From NCBI GenBank assembly GCA_951406725.2, contig OX597816.1, forward strand, positions 149,544,001 to 149,608,000: 64,000 nt of DNA, given 5' to 3'. The notes under the pieces are model-generated. The model did no database searches, was not told where the DNA came from, and saw only the letters and a program-made list of their open reading frames with translations. The DNA comes from Octopus vulgaris. Its lineage: Eukaryota. The translations under genes and the position numbers were made by a program. Shown piece after piece: positions 24,807 to 38,891 of this stretch. The number at the start of each line of letters is the position of its first letter. The stretch's first letter is position 1.

Positions 24807-26340
24807 GGCAGTGAGCTGACAGAATTGTTAGCACAATGGACAAAATGCTTTGCAGTATTTCTTCCAGTTTCATGTTCTGAGTTCAAATTCTGCCACAGTC
24901 AGCTTTGCCTTTCATCCTTTTGGGGTCAATGGAATAAATACCAGTTGAGTTCAAATTCCACTGAGCGGTGACTTTGCCTCTCATCCTTTTGGGGGTCGAT
25001 AAATTAAGTACTAGGTTTGATGTAATCAACCCCTCCCACAAATTTAAGGCCTTGTACCTATAGTAGACAGGATTATTATTAACCTGCATGCGTAAGCGAA
25101 TGCAGGGTATTGTAATCACTCGTCTTTGTGTGTTTTCAAAATTACTAGAAAATGGCTGAACGGATTTTCACCAAATTTGGCAGAAATACTCATTGGGTGA
25201 GTGGCTCAAAATGATGAAAATTTGGTTTATCTCCAAACATACATAAATACGTACATTGATATGTGACTCTGTGTGTGTGTACAGTGATGGATTTGAGGGT
25301 TTCGTTTATTTACGAGTTGATTTCTTTATTTCACCGGAGTATAAATAACTATAATGGTGATACTTTAAAAAAAAAAATCAAACTTACAAATTTCCCAGTA
25401 AGCAAGTTTAGTCAAACACTTACAAAGCTTAATTCAGTTCAATTAAAAAGCTTGGGTAAGCAATGCATTGTTAGCCACACTATAATCTACGAAAATATTT
25501 ATCTGCGCACAAGGTATGCATTGCCTCTCTAATGCTGATTTTACATTATTATTGCAATAAATTGGCAGAATCTTTACAGAAAAAGCCTTATGGCATTTGT
25601 TCCAGCTCTGATTAAAAAGCCTGCTGAGGTCACCTTTGCTTTTCATCATAATGGTAGTTGATTAACTAAAGTATCTGCCCAGTACTAGTCAATTTGATTG
25701 ACAAACTCATTTCCCCCCAAATTTCTGACTTTGTAGTTATATTTAAAGCAATTACCATTAAGCTGGCTAACAGAGCTCTCAGTGCATCAGAGAAAATGCT
25801 TAGCAGCATTTTTCAGCTCTTTATGTTTTGAGTTCATATTCTGCCAATTTTTGCCTTTCATCCTTTCAGGGTTGATAAAAGAAGTCTCAATTAAGCTTTG
25901 GGATTGATCTAATTAGTTTTCTAAACAATTATTGGTCTTGTGCCAAAATTTGAAATAATTATTATATAATGGTATGCACAAATGTTACATTTATAATCAC
26001 TATCCTTAATCCTAGGTCACAACCAGTTTCCTTAGATATTGAGGACCTTTTGAACAATCCTTGCTGTATAATAGAGCAAATTTCTGTAGTAATGTGATCT
26101 TGTAGTTACACCAATCTTAAGAAAATTACTAAGACTTCTTATTTAGGCATTGGATCAGCAGAATAGTTAGGCATTGAATAAAAAGCCTCATTGCATTTGT
26201 TTTGATTCTTTAAGCTTTGATTAAAATCTTATCTTTCATCTCTCTGGGCTTAATAAAACAAATATCTGTCAAATACTGGAATGATATAAATTAACTATCC
26301 CCTCTCTCAGATTTGTGACCTTGTGAGACCATTGATATCT
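24805..26340 (+). mobile_element. Cluster of degenerate family B SINE copies
   Basis: Repeated ggcagaat.gttag..gagttcaaattc..tttgcctttcatcc motifs near 24808, 24946, 25563, 25770 and 26155. Further copies at 5885, 6085, 21300 and 28450. Confidence 0.65.
25078..25250 (+). mobile_element. Helentron/DINE-1-like fragment
   Basis: ttaacctgcat..gcgta agcga atgcagggtatt hairpin followed by the core gaacggattttcaccaaatttggc. Confidence 0.45.
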
Positions 26341-26559
26341 ATACCCTCATCTGGTTAATTGACTATGAAATATATACACACTTAAACTGTCTTGATGTTA
26401 TAAATATTGATTACAACTTAAGGTTCTTGACTAAAAAAGTGTAGATATTTGGTTCTTAGCTATGAGTGTTATTCATGTAGATATCAACTAGTTCACATCA
26501 AGTTCACCATCCATTGTCCTTTTAAAAAGGTTTAGAGCTTCCCTCTAATGGAATAGCCA

Positions 26560-27610
26560 TTAAAAGTTGATCTCCATCACTTTGAAACTCTTTCTTCAGT
26601 GACTACCAGTACAGCTTTCACAGAACTAGATTCCCTGGTGACCTATTTCTTATGTCATGCAGCATTAATGCTTTAGACATTATGTCTAGTATGCAACTGT
26701 ATCAAAACTTCTTACAAGTTCCATTCATCTTTTGTCTCTCAGATCACTAGCTTCTTTTCAAATTATCATTGCAATATGTGTTGATGGAGCTCTTTCTGCT
26801 CCATTCTTAGTCAACTTTAGTGTCTGCCAGGGTTTGCTTATGCCCACCACTCTCTTCCTACTATATATGAATAACCTACATGCCACCAAATCCAACAATA
26901 CCCACTCTTATACATATTACACAACTCTTCATTCCTTTCTTTCCCTGGCCATACATCTACATACAACAGGCACACCACACGCTAATTCTGCATTGATTTC
27001 ATAAATGAAAACACAGTATCCTTCAGCAAAAAAAAACTCAAGCACTGTTCATAACAAGAAAACACAACACCCCCTTTAAATATAAACAATACTTGGCTAG
27101 AGCCCTCAGTCACCCCTAATACTGGCCTCTCTATCAAGGATCTCTCTTGACAAAAGGACCTTTTTAATTTATCTTGGACTACATCCCAAAAGGCTAGCTC
27201 TTCTCTTCAGGGCCAGAAGGTATTTTAACTCCTATCAGCTACTGTCACTTTACAAAACTTAAGAGAGGTCCACATTGGCATTCAATTACAAATGGGAACA
27301 TTCAGCCTCCAGCTCCCAGGCATATTATCTCTTTTTTTTTTTTTTTTTTTGCTACTATAATGACCTCTGCTCCTCAGAGTTAGTGGATCTCCTATTTCCA
27401 CTACTTAGGCACCTCCAGCCTACTCATCTCTCCTGCTCCTATCACCCTTATGTCCACCATTACCCCAGCCCTACACTAACACTATACCCAGTTCTTTTTC
27501 TCCAGAACATTGGCTCTCTGGAATCTTCTCCTTACTTATCTTACCTACAGTTGTTGGCTTGTAATAGTTTAAATGGAACATTAATGGTATCAACCTCACT
27601 GATTTGAGAG
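26560..27610 (+). mobile_element. Degenerate CR1/L2-type LINE 3' part
   Basis: Remnant RT 'SVCQGLLMPTTLFLLYMNNL', LYK...W and 'CSSEL' segments; homologous inverted piece at about 32040-32740. Confidence 0.6.
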
Positions 27611-28654
27611 TACTGGCAAAAGCCATGAATACTGTTTCATCCTCATAAGTTTTCTGTACAAATAACCAACAACTGGATCACTTAGTGATTTTCCATTTGG
27701 TAGTTTTGCAACAATTGTCAGGAAATACTGATAAAGTTTTGAGAGAAACATTGCACAGTTTTTACTCCATAGCTTATTTAGCCATAATGCATTGCAGCTT
27801 TGCTGCTTATTTACATTATAGATTAGCCTCCCCACTCCCTCGCAAATGACTGTAGATCATCTTGAGATATCTTTACAACCTTGGGGGTATGGATGGTATG
27901 ACTTTTCATGTTGTGAAACCACCTGTAGGTTTAATAGAAACATGCAGCTGATAGTCGTACATTCTTGTAATTTCTTATGACAAAGCTTTTGACTTACTAC
28001 TTGTAGTTTGTGCTTAAGGACATTTACCTGACTGTCTCTGTCTCTCATTGACAGTTTTCATGGATTTTAGGAAAGTCTATCATAAAGTTGCAGCTGGTGG
28101 TTTGTAATTTTATTATTCATTTTGTATCAGATACTATCCAATTGTCCTATAATTTTCTTGAGCCTGTCAGAATTTATGTGTATCTGTGTGCTCATATTAT
28201 TATTCATAATGTCGTTGTTGTCAGTGATGATGGTAGTAGTTTGCAGAATTTGTATATCAACAAACTTATGGCATTTAATTATATCCCTTTACAATCTACA
28301 TTCAGATCCCACATGGTCCTCTTTCAACCTTATTGGGTCTGTAAAACAAATAGCAACCAAGCAGAAGGGTTGATATAACTGATCATACTGTTCTGCAAAA
28401 TGTTTGGCCTTGTATCCATGCTAGAAACCATTAATATTATTAATGTTAAGGTTGGTGACTAGCATATAGATAAAGTGCTGGGCTTGTGGTATTTAATTAT
28501 CTCCCTATTTGTCCCAAGTTCAAATTCTGTGATGATTGGCTTTGAATTTCATACCTCTGGAGCCAATAGTATAAGTGCATGTCATAAACTGGATTCAATT
28601 CTATCAACCTTGTAGTCATGTTCTAATATCAATTAATTTTTCATTATATATAAT

Positions 28655-28687
<33 letters not shown>

Positions 28688-29924
28688 CACACAAAGTAAT
28701 GTGATAACAATGAGTTGGCAGAAATGTATTGGATTAAATACTTTACATTATCTCTACTTCCCATGCTCATAAGTACTTATATTGACTTTGCCTTTCATAG
28801 CAATATTTTCTTCTTTAAATGGTCACAGCTGAGATGCATTTCGCCATGCAACACCAGGAACTTCTGTATCATATTAATATTGCTAGATCATGTTGTGTCC
28901 TGCCCAATGACATCAATGTGGTTGAGTGGTTTCCAACAGCCATTACAGTGCAGAATACTATATTGAACTCTATTAATTATACTAAACCATTACCATAAAG
29001 AAAATTATATTGTACCTAATCAAAAGTAAAATATTAGGATTTATGTAGAAAGCAGAATGGAGAGTACTAATCTTGTTATTTACATTCTAAGTTGAAATTT
29101 CATGAAAGTCAACTTTGTCTTTAATACTTCCACAGATGATAAAATAGGCACCAGTCAAGAAATGGGATCAATTTTAATCAACTTTGCTTCTTCATACTAT
29201 TTGTAGCTTTGCACCAATGTTAGAAAACATCATGATTAATGTGACAAGTGTTGTAGGGCAGAAGTTGAGCTTCTGGTAAACTGAGTTTATGAATTAGTTT
29301 TTGTCAGATGAAGACAGTTGTTACTTATACTAACAATATTCTTGAAAAGGGGGAATAAGTTTTAATGTAGTAGCATTTTCAGTATTATGAATGAAATGTA
29401 AATTGCTCTACCAAACTTACTTGAGGTATAGTCTTTGTCCAAGTTGTCCCCAGATGCAAATGACTTTTGAAGTCAACTTCAGTTGAAACAATTCTAACAC
29501 TTTAACTCAAACTGTAGTTCTGTATTGGCAACTGTCACACACTCTAACATTTCTGCCAAGCAACTGCACATGACTGGTATTTCATAATCCTGAAAAGATA
29601 AAAAGCAAAGTTGAACTCAGAAAGGTAGAATAACTGTTGTGAAAAAAAAAAATACACTTCAGAGTATTGTTATATTTTGAGTTCAAATGCTGCATAGATC
29701 AACTTTTTCCCTCCATCAAATACAATTGATGGAATTGGGAATTGATTCAATTAACTAATTATCTGTATTGCTATATCTAGCATGGTGGTATCTTTTAGAT
29801 GCCCTTAATTATAATTTTTATAATAATTATTACCTATGAGGTTTTTATTCCCATGCTAGCCACTTGATATGATCGGTATTTTAAATAATGATCTTATCCT
29901 TATTTATATAAATTTATATATATA

Positions 29925-30545
29925 TATATATATATATATAAAACTCAACTTGTGTGTCTGTGTGTGTTTAACTTCCTGGCACATCTCCTCCTAGCCAACA
30001 AATCGTAGAACCACCAAAAATGGGTCACTTAAAGTTTAGGTGAATGAAAATTGAACTGCACTATTTCTGTTCCGAAATTCATCTCGCAAATGCAAAAATC
30101 GATAATGTGTTTGTTTAGGCCTTATCCCATGCATTGAATAGTGAACTTTACTCAGTCAGCTGTCTGACGTGAACTGTGTTCACCACGCGTGCAAGCATGC
30201 GTAAATTGCATGAAAAATAAAAAATCAAGATATAAAAACGAATCACCGTAAACATTGTGGAAATTCGGCAAAGAAATTAATTTTCAGGATGTAGCCTGGA
30301 GGGTTTTTTCGTATTAATCATTTGAACTTTGTGAACACATACCAATTGTTTTCATAACATTTTTAACGCTTTGAATTAAATGTGACCATTTTGTTTTGAG
30401 TCTGCAGTTTGAGTCACTTTAACCAAATTTTAGCAGGCCGGATTTTTGATCATCACGATACATCGCCAGCGACTCCCTGAAATCCCCGTTGAGAAATCTA
30501 TATATATAAAACTCAATTTGTGTCTGTGTGTTTAACTTTTGGATC
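29925..30545 (+). mobile_element. Helitron-like 5' ends (two, adjacent)
   Basis: (TA)nAAAACTCAA.TTGTGT.TCTGTGTG at about 29935 and again after A|TC at 30497; CpG-rich interior. Confidence 0.55.
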
Positions 30546-30588
30546 TACCAAGTTTCATTATTAAAGATGGAAAGTAGTGTGTAGCAAA

Positions 30589-30975
30589 TCTATATATATA
30601 AAGCTGAGGTTGTCTGTGTGTGGCAGGTTTGGTAGCCTTCAACTAACACTATCTCCTTCGAGACACTGCAGCGCAAGTTGATCAAAATTGAGAGTATGAT
30701 AGAAGAAGGCTTGCTCTTCATTCTTTAGAAGATAATTCAAATCGGACCATGTTAACACCAAAAATTATTTACATCAAAAAAGTGCTTTTTTCTATGAAAA
30801 TACCTATTTTTTTACGATTTTTGACTGCTGTGTCACCATTTTTCGGTGTATTTCAACTGGAAAAATGTTCACTTGAAGAGAATAACAAGTTGCATAATGC
30901 AAAATCTTTACTTTTCAAAAATTGCAATTCTAAAGGGTCAAAACAAACCCAAGCAACACCGAGTGATACTGCTAG
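30589..30975 (+). mobile_element. Non-autonomous Helitron
   Basis: A|TC TATATATATAAAG 5' end; 3' decayed hairpin (cccaagcaacaccgag) followed by CTAG|T; no TSD. Confidence 0.75.
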
Positions 30976-31106
30976 TATATATATAATTTGCCCAGAGTTG
31001 AAGGATTATATCCCTTCGGCTTTAGAGTCTGACAAGTCATCCATGAGCTAAGCCCTTTATAGATGTGAAACCATTGCCTACTATGACCAGACATACACCT
31101 AATTGC

Positions 31107-31137
<31 letters not shown>

Positions 31138-31155
31138 CATACACACACACATACA

Positions 31156-31965
31156 CAAGGGGATACCCAAAAGAAACCAGAATTTTGCAATATTATTTTA
31201 TTCACTTGGTTTTATACTTCAAAGTATTCTCCATTTGAAGCAACGCATCAGACCAGGTGTGTTTTCCACTATTTGAAGCAGTGCTGAAACTCTTGTGAAG
31301 TGATGCCTTTTAATGCCTTCGTCATTTTTTCTTCACTTCTTCCATATCTGCAAATTCTGTAGCACCAGCGATCACCTTTGAAAAAAGGCCCAGATCAACT
31401 TTCAACTGTTCTTTCAGTTCATGACATGCATTCAGTCATGACTGCTTTTCTCTTCTGTGAGCAAGTGAGGCTGCAACTCTTTTCATTTGCAATTCCTCAC
31501 TCAAAATTCGTTAGCAGGAGTTCCAGGACACAACAGTCATAGCAACAAGTTCGCTAATTGTTTGGTGATGATCCTCCAAGATCAGTTCATGAATTTTCAT
31601 ATTTTCATTCGTTCAGGAAGTCAGCAGATGTCCTGTCCTGAAAGAGGTTGGTATTCAAGTTACCATTCCTGAAGTGTGGAAAACACTCATAAACTTGTTT
31701 TGCTCGTGGCAGCATCCTTGTAAGCTGTTTGAAGTATGACAGTTGTTTCGGCTGCCATTTTCCCCAGCAGGAAACAGAGTTTCAGCCATCACAAAAATCA
31801 ATGAACAGGGAGGAAGCACTGCAAAACAAAGATGCACTGTATGGCAGTACAACCTCAGTCAACACCACCAGTCAGGGCCACATCAAGTGGCTTTTAGTGG
31901 TAGAAGCCTGAATTACAACGGGTTTGTCCCACAGAATGTTTCCAGTTACTTTTAGGCAACCAGTT
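31156..31965 (-). mobile_element. Degenerate mariner (irritans-like), internally deleted
   Basis: Minus-strand C-term CFK*WKT..CVASNGEYFE and N-terminal FLLGK..AET; imperfect TIRs cccaaaagaaaccagaa / ttccagttacttttagg. Confidence 0.65.
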
Positions 31966-32039
31966 ATATATATAATTCGTCTGGAGGAGAGCTTGTACCC
32001 GTGGCTTTTGTAGACCTTCTGAAACCTGTGAGACTAACA

Positions 32040-32740
32040 TGTTAATGTTCCTCTTGAAAACTGGAAGTTGTTGGTTTATGATGGTATGTAAAACATAAGC
32101 AGCAAGGGAATTCAGGGTGCCATCATTCTGAGGAGTAAGGGTTTGGATAATAGTTTGTGTGGGATTTTAATTGGGTGGGATAGAATGTGTGATGAATGGA
32201 GATGAGTGACTTGAGTACTTGAGTGGAAGTGAACATGATCTCAGCCAACTCTGAAGAGCAGCAGTTGATGTAGATGTGGTAGACAACAGAGAAATGATAT
32301 GTCTGTGGATCAGAGGTTGGAGTGCATTGGTGAGTGAATTCTTACTAATCAGTTGGATGGCCTTTCTTCTGTATGCAGTCTGTGATGTCAGTATGTGTAA
32401 CAGCAGTATCAATTCTGGTATTTGAAAAGTATCTCATTGTAGGTCTCACCTGAGTTTTATGGAGGTTTAGTAATTTTGGTAGGATTTGAAATATTTTTCT
32501 GATCCTCAAGAGAAGTCAGTCTTCATTTACTGAGAATTTTTACACTTTTCAGGAGAAATCCTAATGATAGTGAGGCATAAGCCTTTGTAGCAATCTTGAG
32601 TGTTGTAAATGGGCAATGTTCATGTTTAGAAGGGATGTTGTACAGTAATGTTTTCATATATGTAGTGACTGTCATTGTGCTGTTGCAAGAGAAAAGTTAG
32701 GAACTCTTGTGAAGGATGTTTCTAAAGTTTGTTATTCTTC
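32040..32740 (-). mobile_element. Degenerate CR1/L2-type LINE 3' part
   Basis: Minus strand reads KAIQLI..LTNALQPLIHR, similar to 27200-27600. Confidence 0.6.
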
Positions 32741-32798
32741 TCTTATAGATTTGTTGCTGGTGTTCATTTAAGAAATCTTCTCTCTCTTTTCTTTGCAG

Positions 32799-32876
32799 GA
32801 TCCAAGATGCTGTACTTCATATCTTTCAGAGACGCCCATTACCATATTCCTATTATACCTTACAATCAAACTTGAG
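32799..32876 (+). CDS. PRR5: PRR5/Protor homologue, coding exon (78 nt)
   Basis: Polypyrimidine tract + TGCAG acceptor, GTAAGA donor. Translates (R)IQDAVLHIFQRRPLPYSYYTLQSNL(R), resembling PRR5 'IHNGVIAVFQRKGLP'. Confidence 0.88.
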
Positions 32877-35724
32877 GTAAGATATTTTGTATTTATCAAA
32901 ATAATTTTATCATTTAAGCATCTACTTTTTACTCTAGGAAATATTTAAAGATTAGCAAAATTTCTGCTCAGGTGATCTGTGCCATCTTTTAGTTTGGGGT
33001 GAACATTTTAAGAGTATGGAGTGAATTGTCCATTGCAGGAAGAAAGTATTTGTTGCATTTCATGCTAATGAATGTTATGGCCTGTTTTGATTTTAAGGGT
33101 ATTGTTCTTGTTCAGTAGCTGGGTTTTTTTTTCTTCTTTTAATTGAAGTGTCTGGGGGCACTGTTATAGTCATTTCTCAGTTATCAGTGTTGATGGCATG
33201 TGCCTTATATATATGTTTTTGAAGTGTCACTGGTCTTTCTATTTACTATTTTCCATCTGAATTTTCCTAGGAAATGCAATTGTTCGCCTTTCATAATTTG
33301 TGCTGGAGCTAGTGCAGTAGTCTCTGTATAAAGAATATATATGATTCATATTTCAGTTTAAGTACCATGGTTTTAGTAACGTTGTCCCTTAATGATATAT
33401 TTAAGCAGTGCATGTGGAAAATCTTTAGCCCACTTTTCTGGAAGGAGTATAAGGTATAAATTTTGCATTCTGGTAGAATGCAAATCTTATACACCTCAAT
33501 TTTGGTGCATACAGTTAGATTTTGTTTAACTATATTTTTATCCAAATGTTAAAAAGATATTTAAAGACACTTTAAAACAAAAGCAATTATTTGCACTAGG
33601 AGAAATTCTATACTTTGGCGTTAGTATCAGGAAATCAGACTAATTCAGCCATGCAGATTCCATTTTTTGGCACGGTTTTAGGGTGGGATGCATTCTATCA
33701 TAGCACCAATGCTGGAGAGGTTGTCATTTTCTCAGCCAAACTAAAAGGCTCTCCTCATTGTACTCTCAACCTTATGTTGTCTCCATTCATTTGTCACCCA
33801 CTCTGTAGTGTTCTGGTCATTTTACCATAGCACTAACACTGAAGTTGCCTTGTACCCTACAATGCTTCCATTTATTCCAGATATCCTGACCAAGGAAGTG
33901 GCTAGGAGAGTGCTGAAAGAAAAAACATTATCGGTTATTAGGTGAGAGGAGTGAGTATATGTAGGAAGAAAGAGTGATAACAATGAGAGGGTAGTATTGG
34001 AGGGAGTAAATGAAATCAACATAATAATGGCTGGGTGTAATAGATGATAATGACAAACATCTTTCTAAAGAGATTGAATGAACACTAATAAATGGTTGAT
34101 GGTAAGAAAAAGTGATGAATGACAATAACAAGTGGCCTGGAGAAGAGGGAGTGATGGCTGGTTGAAAGAATGATGGTAATATGTATTGGAAATTAACAGA
34201 TCTAAAGCAATCCTTCATTACACAAGCATCTTGATAAGATGTACAGTGATAAGGATGGTAGTAGTGGGAACTGAACAGATATATCACCTATTGTACTGAC
34301 ATCATGGTACAATAAATAGAAGGGAAAGTGAGTGGTAGAGAGATTAGAGGGTATTAAGGTGGTGAAGGAAGCATGGATACATTGGGTGGGGTATTCAGCT
34401 GTAAAAATCATGCCAAAACTGACCTCACCAATGCTGGTGCCACATGAAAAACACCCAGTCCACTCCAACATGGTTGGCATTAGAAAGGGCATCCAGCCAT
34501 GAAAATTATGCTACACTGACCTTGCTGGTTCCATGTAAAAGGCATCCAGCTGTAAAAACCATGTCAAAATAGACAGTGGAACTCGGTGTAATCCTCTGGT
34601 TTGCCATCTCCAGTCAAGCTGTTCAACCCATTCAGCATTTTAATATTTGTTTCACCATGCTTCCAAAGGTGGCAGGATCTTCTTTAGCACTGTATGTCAT
34701 TAATCACCTTGGTCTTTTGTCATCTCCTCTATGAGGCTGAATATCTTTGAGATTAGTCTTCACTTCATCCCATGTCTTCATTGGTCTCTTCCTTCTACTG
34801 ATTCCATATACTAAGTCACTGCTCTTTTTTTCCAACTGTCATTCTCCATTTGTATCACCCACCCATACCTCCTTTCTAACATACCGCACTGATTCTAATT
34901 TTTTTCAGTTCATTTGTATTTTATTATTCATCATCCAATGTGGAATATTTGCTCATTTTTTTTTAGTTTTTACACATTCTCTGTATTCAAGGCCCACATC
35001 TTGTTGGTTACCATATAGCATTGCATTTCATACACAAGCATCATATTATTCTGTCCTTCACTTTAAGAGACAAATCCTTTATTACCAGCATAGGTAATAC
35101 AACCTTAAACTTTTTCTAACTTGTTCTAACTCTGACTACTATGCTTTCAGAATACCCACCTCCAATACTAATTTACGCAAGAAAACTACAAAACTGTTCT
35201 TCAAAGACATGTTCCTTCAGAAATTTGTCTAAATGTAGAGAAATTGGAGTCCTAGAACATCGTTTTCTTTCAGTACAATTGAATATTCATTGTTGTCTAG
35301 TTTGTGTATCCTAGACAAATTATCTTGTCAGGTAGAATCCATCTTTCTCCCAGTTATATCTGCAAGAGGATTTAACTTAATATTTTAAGTGAATGAACAA
35401 TTTCATAAAATTGCTGATTTTATGGTACTGCTACCTAAAACAGTAAATTATTTTTATCCCATGGTTCTATTTACAGACAGATTGTCTGGATTATTTGAGA
35501 AATATACATTTTCGCCACTAGCTCAATGCACTGTTGGTGACAGGATATGATACATTGACTCGTCTGAGTGCTTAATTGATATTCTATTTGCTCACTATAT
35601 ATTTGAAACAGTTGTATTTAAAATAATAGAAAAAAAAAGATGGTGTGCCTTTTCCTTTCTCTTTTGACCAAGTTGTTAAAAAAACTACAATCTAAGTCAG
35701 TTTGTCTCCAACTTGTCATTTCAG

Positions 35725-35773
35725 ACGTTTAATCCGGACTGATACTGGACCAATTATTTATGATTACTTTAAA
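35725..35773 (+). CDS. PRR5: PRR5/Protor homologue, coding exon (49 nt)
   Basis: TTTCAG acceptor, GTAAGT donor, phase 2 to 0. Translates RLIRTDTGPIIYDYFK, matching the 'QLLKTELGSFFTEYLQ' segment. Confidence 0.88.
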
Positions 35774-36514
35774 GTAAGTATCAACTTTCATTTTACATGA
35801 GCAGTTGGTCTTGGCTAATATTTTTTTTTTTATGCAATCCAACTTACCAGATTTGCATCTTCTGGTGTTTCCTTTCTCACAATATTTCTTCTTCAACTTA
35901 GAGAAGTTCTTAATGAAACAGTTGAATTCACTTTCATCACACACTTACCACCTTCTTTTTAGTGTGGATTTTTAAATATTATTTTGAGATCCTACTTCTC
36001 AGACTTTTTATTTTATTAAAATATATCCATTTCAGGACAGCTTACTAATGTAATGTCTCAGTGTCTCAAAAAGGACACACTGGAATGATCCTTGGTTGCC
36101 TACTGATTAGAATAAAAATCTGAAATTCTTAGGCAACAGTAAAATATGATTTGTAATTGTCATGCCTTCCCTAGTACATTTGTCAATAGTTGAGATGAAA
36201 TAGAACTAAATAGAAATTGAAATGCCTCACTACAGATTGAGGAGGAAGAACTTGTCTATTCTCACTTTCAAATGATGAATATTATTTCTTATACAAGCAT
36301 AAAACTGTTGATTGTAATGGAAGGGGAAATGAGATTGTGGAATGAATTCACTCATTCTACTGGTAGATGTTTCCAATCTTATTGCCATGCAAATGGAGAA
36401 TAAACCTTTTATCTCAGTTATACAATTCTAAACCCTTTTCTAGTTAAACATTTTTTTTTAACTAACTATATTTTGGGATATGACTAATCTGGTCTTTTTT
36501 ATTTTTTAATTCAG

Positions 36515-36572
36515 GATCAACTCCTCAAGAAAGGAATGGTGATATTAAGGGAGTCAATGAAAAATTTAAAAG
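36515..36572 (+). CDS. PRR5: PRR5/Protor homologue, coding exon (58 nt)
   Basis: TTCAG acceptor, GTGCGT donor. Translates DQLLKKGMVILRESMKNLK(G), cf. PRR5 'NQLLTKGMVILRDKI'. Confidence 0.92.
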
Positions 36573-37794
36573 GTGCGTTTTATTTGTCATTAAGGTAGTG
36601 CTACAGCATGGATGGTGATAATAACTTCAACATGAGCAGTATAAATAACAAAGATGGTACTCTAGAATGAGAAGTACTATTTATAAGGTGGCTCTTCCTA
36701 ACTTTACTGTGCTAATAACAGTGATTCAGCATAGCCTAACTATGAAGATTAAAACAAAATTAAGTAAATGTAGATGACATGGGACAGCATAGACAGTGCA
36801 AATATCAGAGATCCAGGATAAATGGGTTATAATACCTAGTTTGGGACCACACAGTTTAAATTCAAATCTCTTGCGTCGACTTAGTGCTACTGACATTTTA
36901 TTCTCAATAAAATTAGTAACATTAATATACTGTGCTTTAAGTAAAAAAAATTCCATATTCCAATAGTTGATTTTAATACAGAATATGAGGAATGATTGCA
37001 GATTTTTGTTACTCAAGCTGTTTGAAACCATTAGTTTCAAACAGTTTACATCTTTCTGTGCTAGCTTCAGTTGGATGAGTAATCACAGTCCAAACAGACC
37101 TATTGGGCACAACAATTCCATAGACTGATACATGTCATTTAACTTAATACCTGTGGCTGGATGCCTTTCCTATCACCAACTAGAATATACTGGGTGTTAG
37201 TATTCTTCAGCATTGATATCTTGTGGCATTCACCAACTACTTTATGTTGTGTACTGGGTGATTTTTTTTTCTTTGTACACTTGCATTAGAAAGATTATCT
37301 CACTCACCAATCACTGTAGAGGGAGTGTAGCAAGGTGGAATATTCCATTAAGGTACAAGCACAGAAAGGGTTCCTTGTATACATTTTAATCAGTAACCTA
37401 AGATACGTAGACTGAGGAAGGGGAGAGAAAGTGATGACAGCAGAAAAGCCAGAAAAGTGCATCTGAGAGTTGGGGCAAGAGTGTAAGTGTAGTGAGTAGT
37501 CTATACTTATATTTGTGAGCAATTTGCTCAGGTGACAAAGAAGAAGAATAGAAGAGATAGAGGAATGACATCAGAAGGAACAGAATGAGTGGCTGAATGG
37601 AACAGAGTATGATATGGGTGGGGTAGGGTTATTTGGGAATGGTGAGTGGCAAAAGCAGAGGTGGACAAAGGTAAGAGTGGGTGATGTGGTAAAGGCAGGA
37701 GTAGTTGATGGGTGGCAACAGAGGAAAGAGTGATGACTGTCGGCACAGAAAGATGAAGTTAGTGCATTGGGTAGGAAGTGAGAATGTATGTATG

Positions 37795-38063
37795 CAGAGG
37801 TGGACTGGCCAGGTTGCCAGCATGTCCAATGGCAAGTGGGCCCCTGTGCCATTAAAATCCATATATGGGGGCCCATCCCTCCAAGTTTGATCATTTTTTA
37901 TTCACTCCTAGAAGAATGCATTATTTCAGCCTGGCTATGTTTGTAGACAGTTGAAAAGAATACTTTTAACAAAAAAAAATTAAATTAAATGATAGCATTG
38001 TAGTTGCGAGCGGGCCCCCTTTATCTCCTAGCAACCAATATTTTTAGACCCGGTTCGCCACTG
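37795..38063. mobile_element. hAT-type MITE
   Basis: TIRs CAGAGGTGGACTGG / CCGGTTCGCCACTG; 8-bp TSD TATGTATG (37787-94 and 38064-71). Confidence 0.75.
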
Positions 38064-38137
38064 TATGTATGTGTTTGTGTGTATTTATATGTGTGTGTGT
38101 GTAAGTCTTGTATATAATTTTGATTCAAATATTTTAA

Positions 38138-38492
38138 ACATGGTTCCGGGTTCAGTCCCACTGCATGGCATCTTGGGCAAGTGTCTCCTTTTATAGCCTT
38201 GGGCCAACCAAAGCCTTGCGAGTGGATTTTATAGATGGAAACTGAGAGAAGCCTGTTATGTTTGTATATATATTTATATGTGTGTGTCTGTGTTTGTCCT
38301 CCCATTATTGCTTGACAACTGATGTTGATATGTTTACATCCCTGTAATTTAGTGGTTTGGCAAAGGAGACCAATAGAATAAGTACTCAGCTTACAAAGAA
38401 TAAGTCCTGGGGTTGACTACAAATAAAAAAATCTTTTAAGGCAGTGCTCCACCATGGCCACAGCCAAATTACTGAAACAGGTAAAAGAATAT
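38138..38492 (+). mobile_element. SINE family A copy
   Basis: catggttccgggttcagtcccactgc..ttgggcaagtgtct..ccatggccacagc..ctgaaacaggtaaaagaata, homologous to 6200-6564. Confidence 0.8.
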
Positions 38493-38799
38493 AAATAGTT
38501 TTGCTGTGTGCTGAATTTTTAGAGAGCTTGAAATAAATTCTGATGCACACTGTAGTTCACTGAGACAGTTCTCACCTTTCACTGATAATGTCTTCACTAC
38601 TTAGGCAAAATGAAAATTCCTGCTATCAACTTCTGATGCCTGACTGTAATTGAAGGAAAGATTGAAATGGATTAATCATCAAAGACTGAATTTTTAGTGA
38701 TTTGATATCACAGCGCTTTGTATTTTGTCTGTATGAATGAAGTATAGGAAGTATCTTGTAGAGTCAAATATTTTTGTGATGTTCCTTTTTTCTTTGCAG

Positions 38800-38891
38800 G
38801 TGTTGCATTACTGGAGAAATTATCTGAGACATGGAATTATTTCTACAAAGAAATAATATTTACATTGCAGGCAATACTTTATCCATTCCAG
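38800..38891 (+). CDS. PRR5: PRR5/Protor homologue, coding exon (92 nt)
   Basis: TTTGCAG acceptor, GTAAAA donor. Translates (G)VALLEKLSETWNYFYKEIIFTLQAILYPFQ, cf. 'LLDSLAETWDFFFSDVLPMLQAIFYPVQ' (HbrB-like domain core). Confidence 0.93.
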
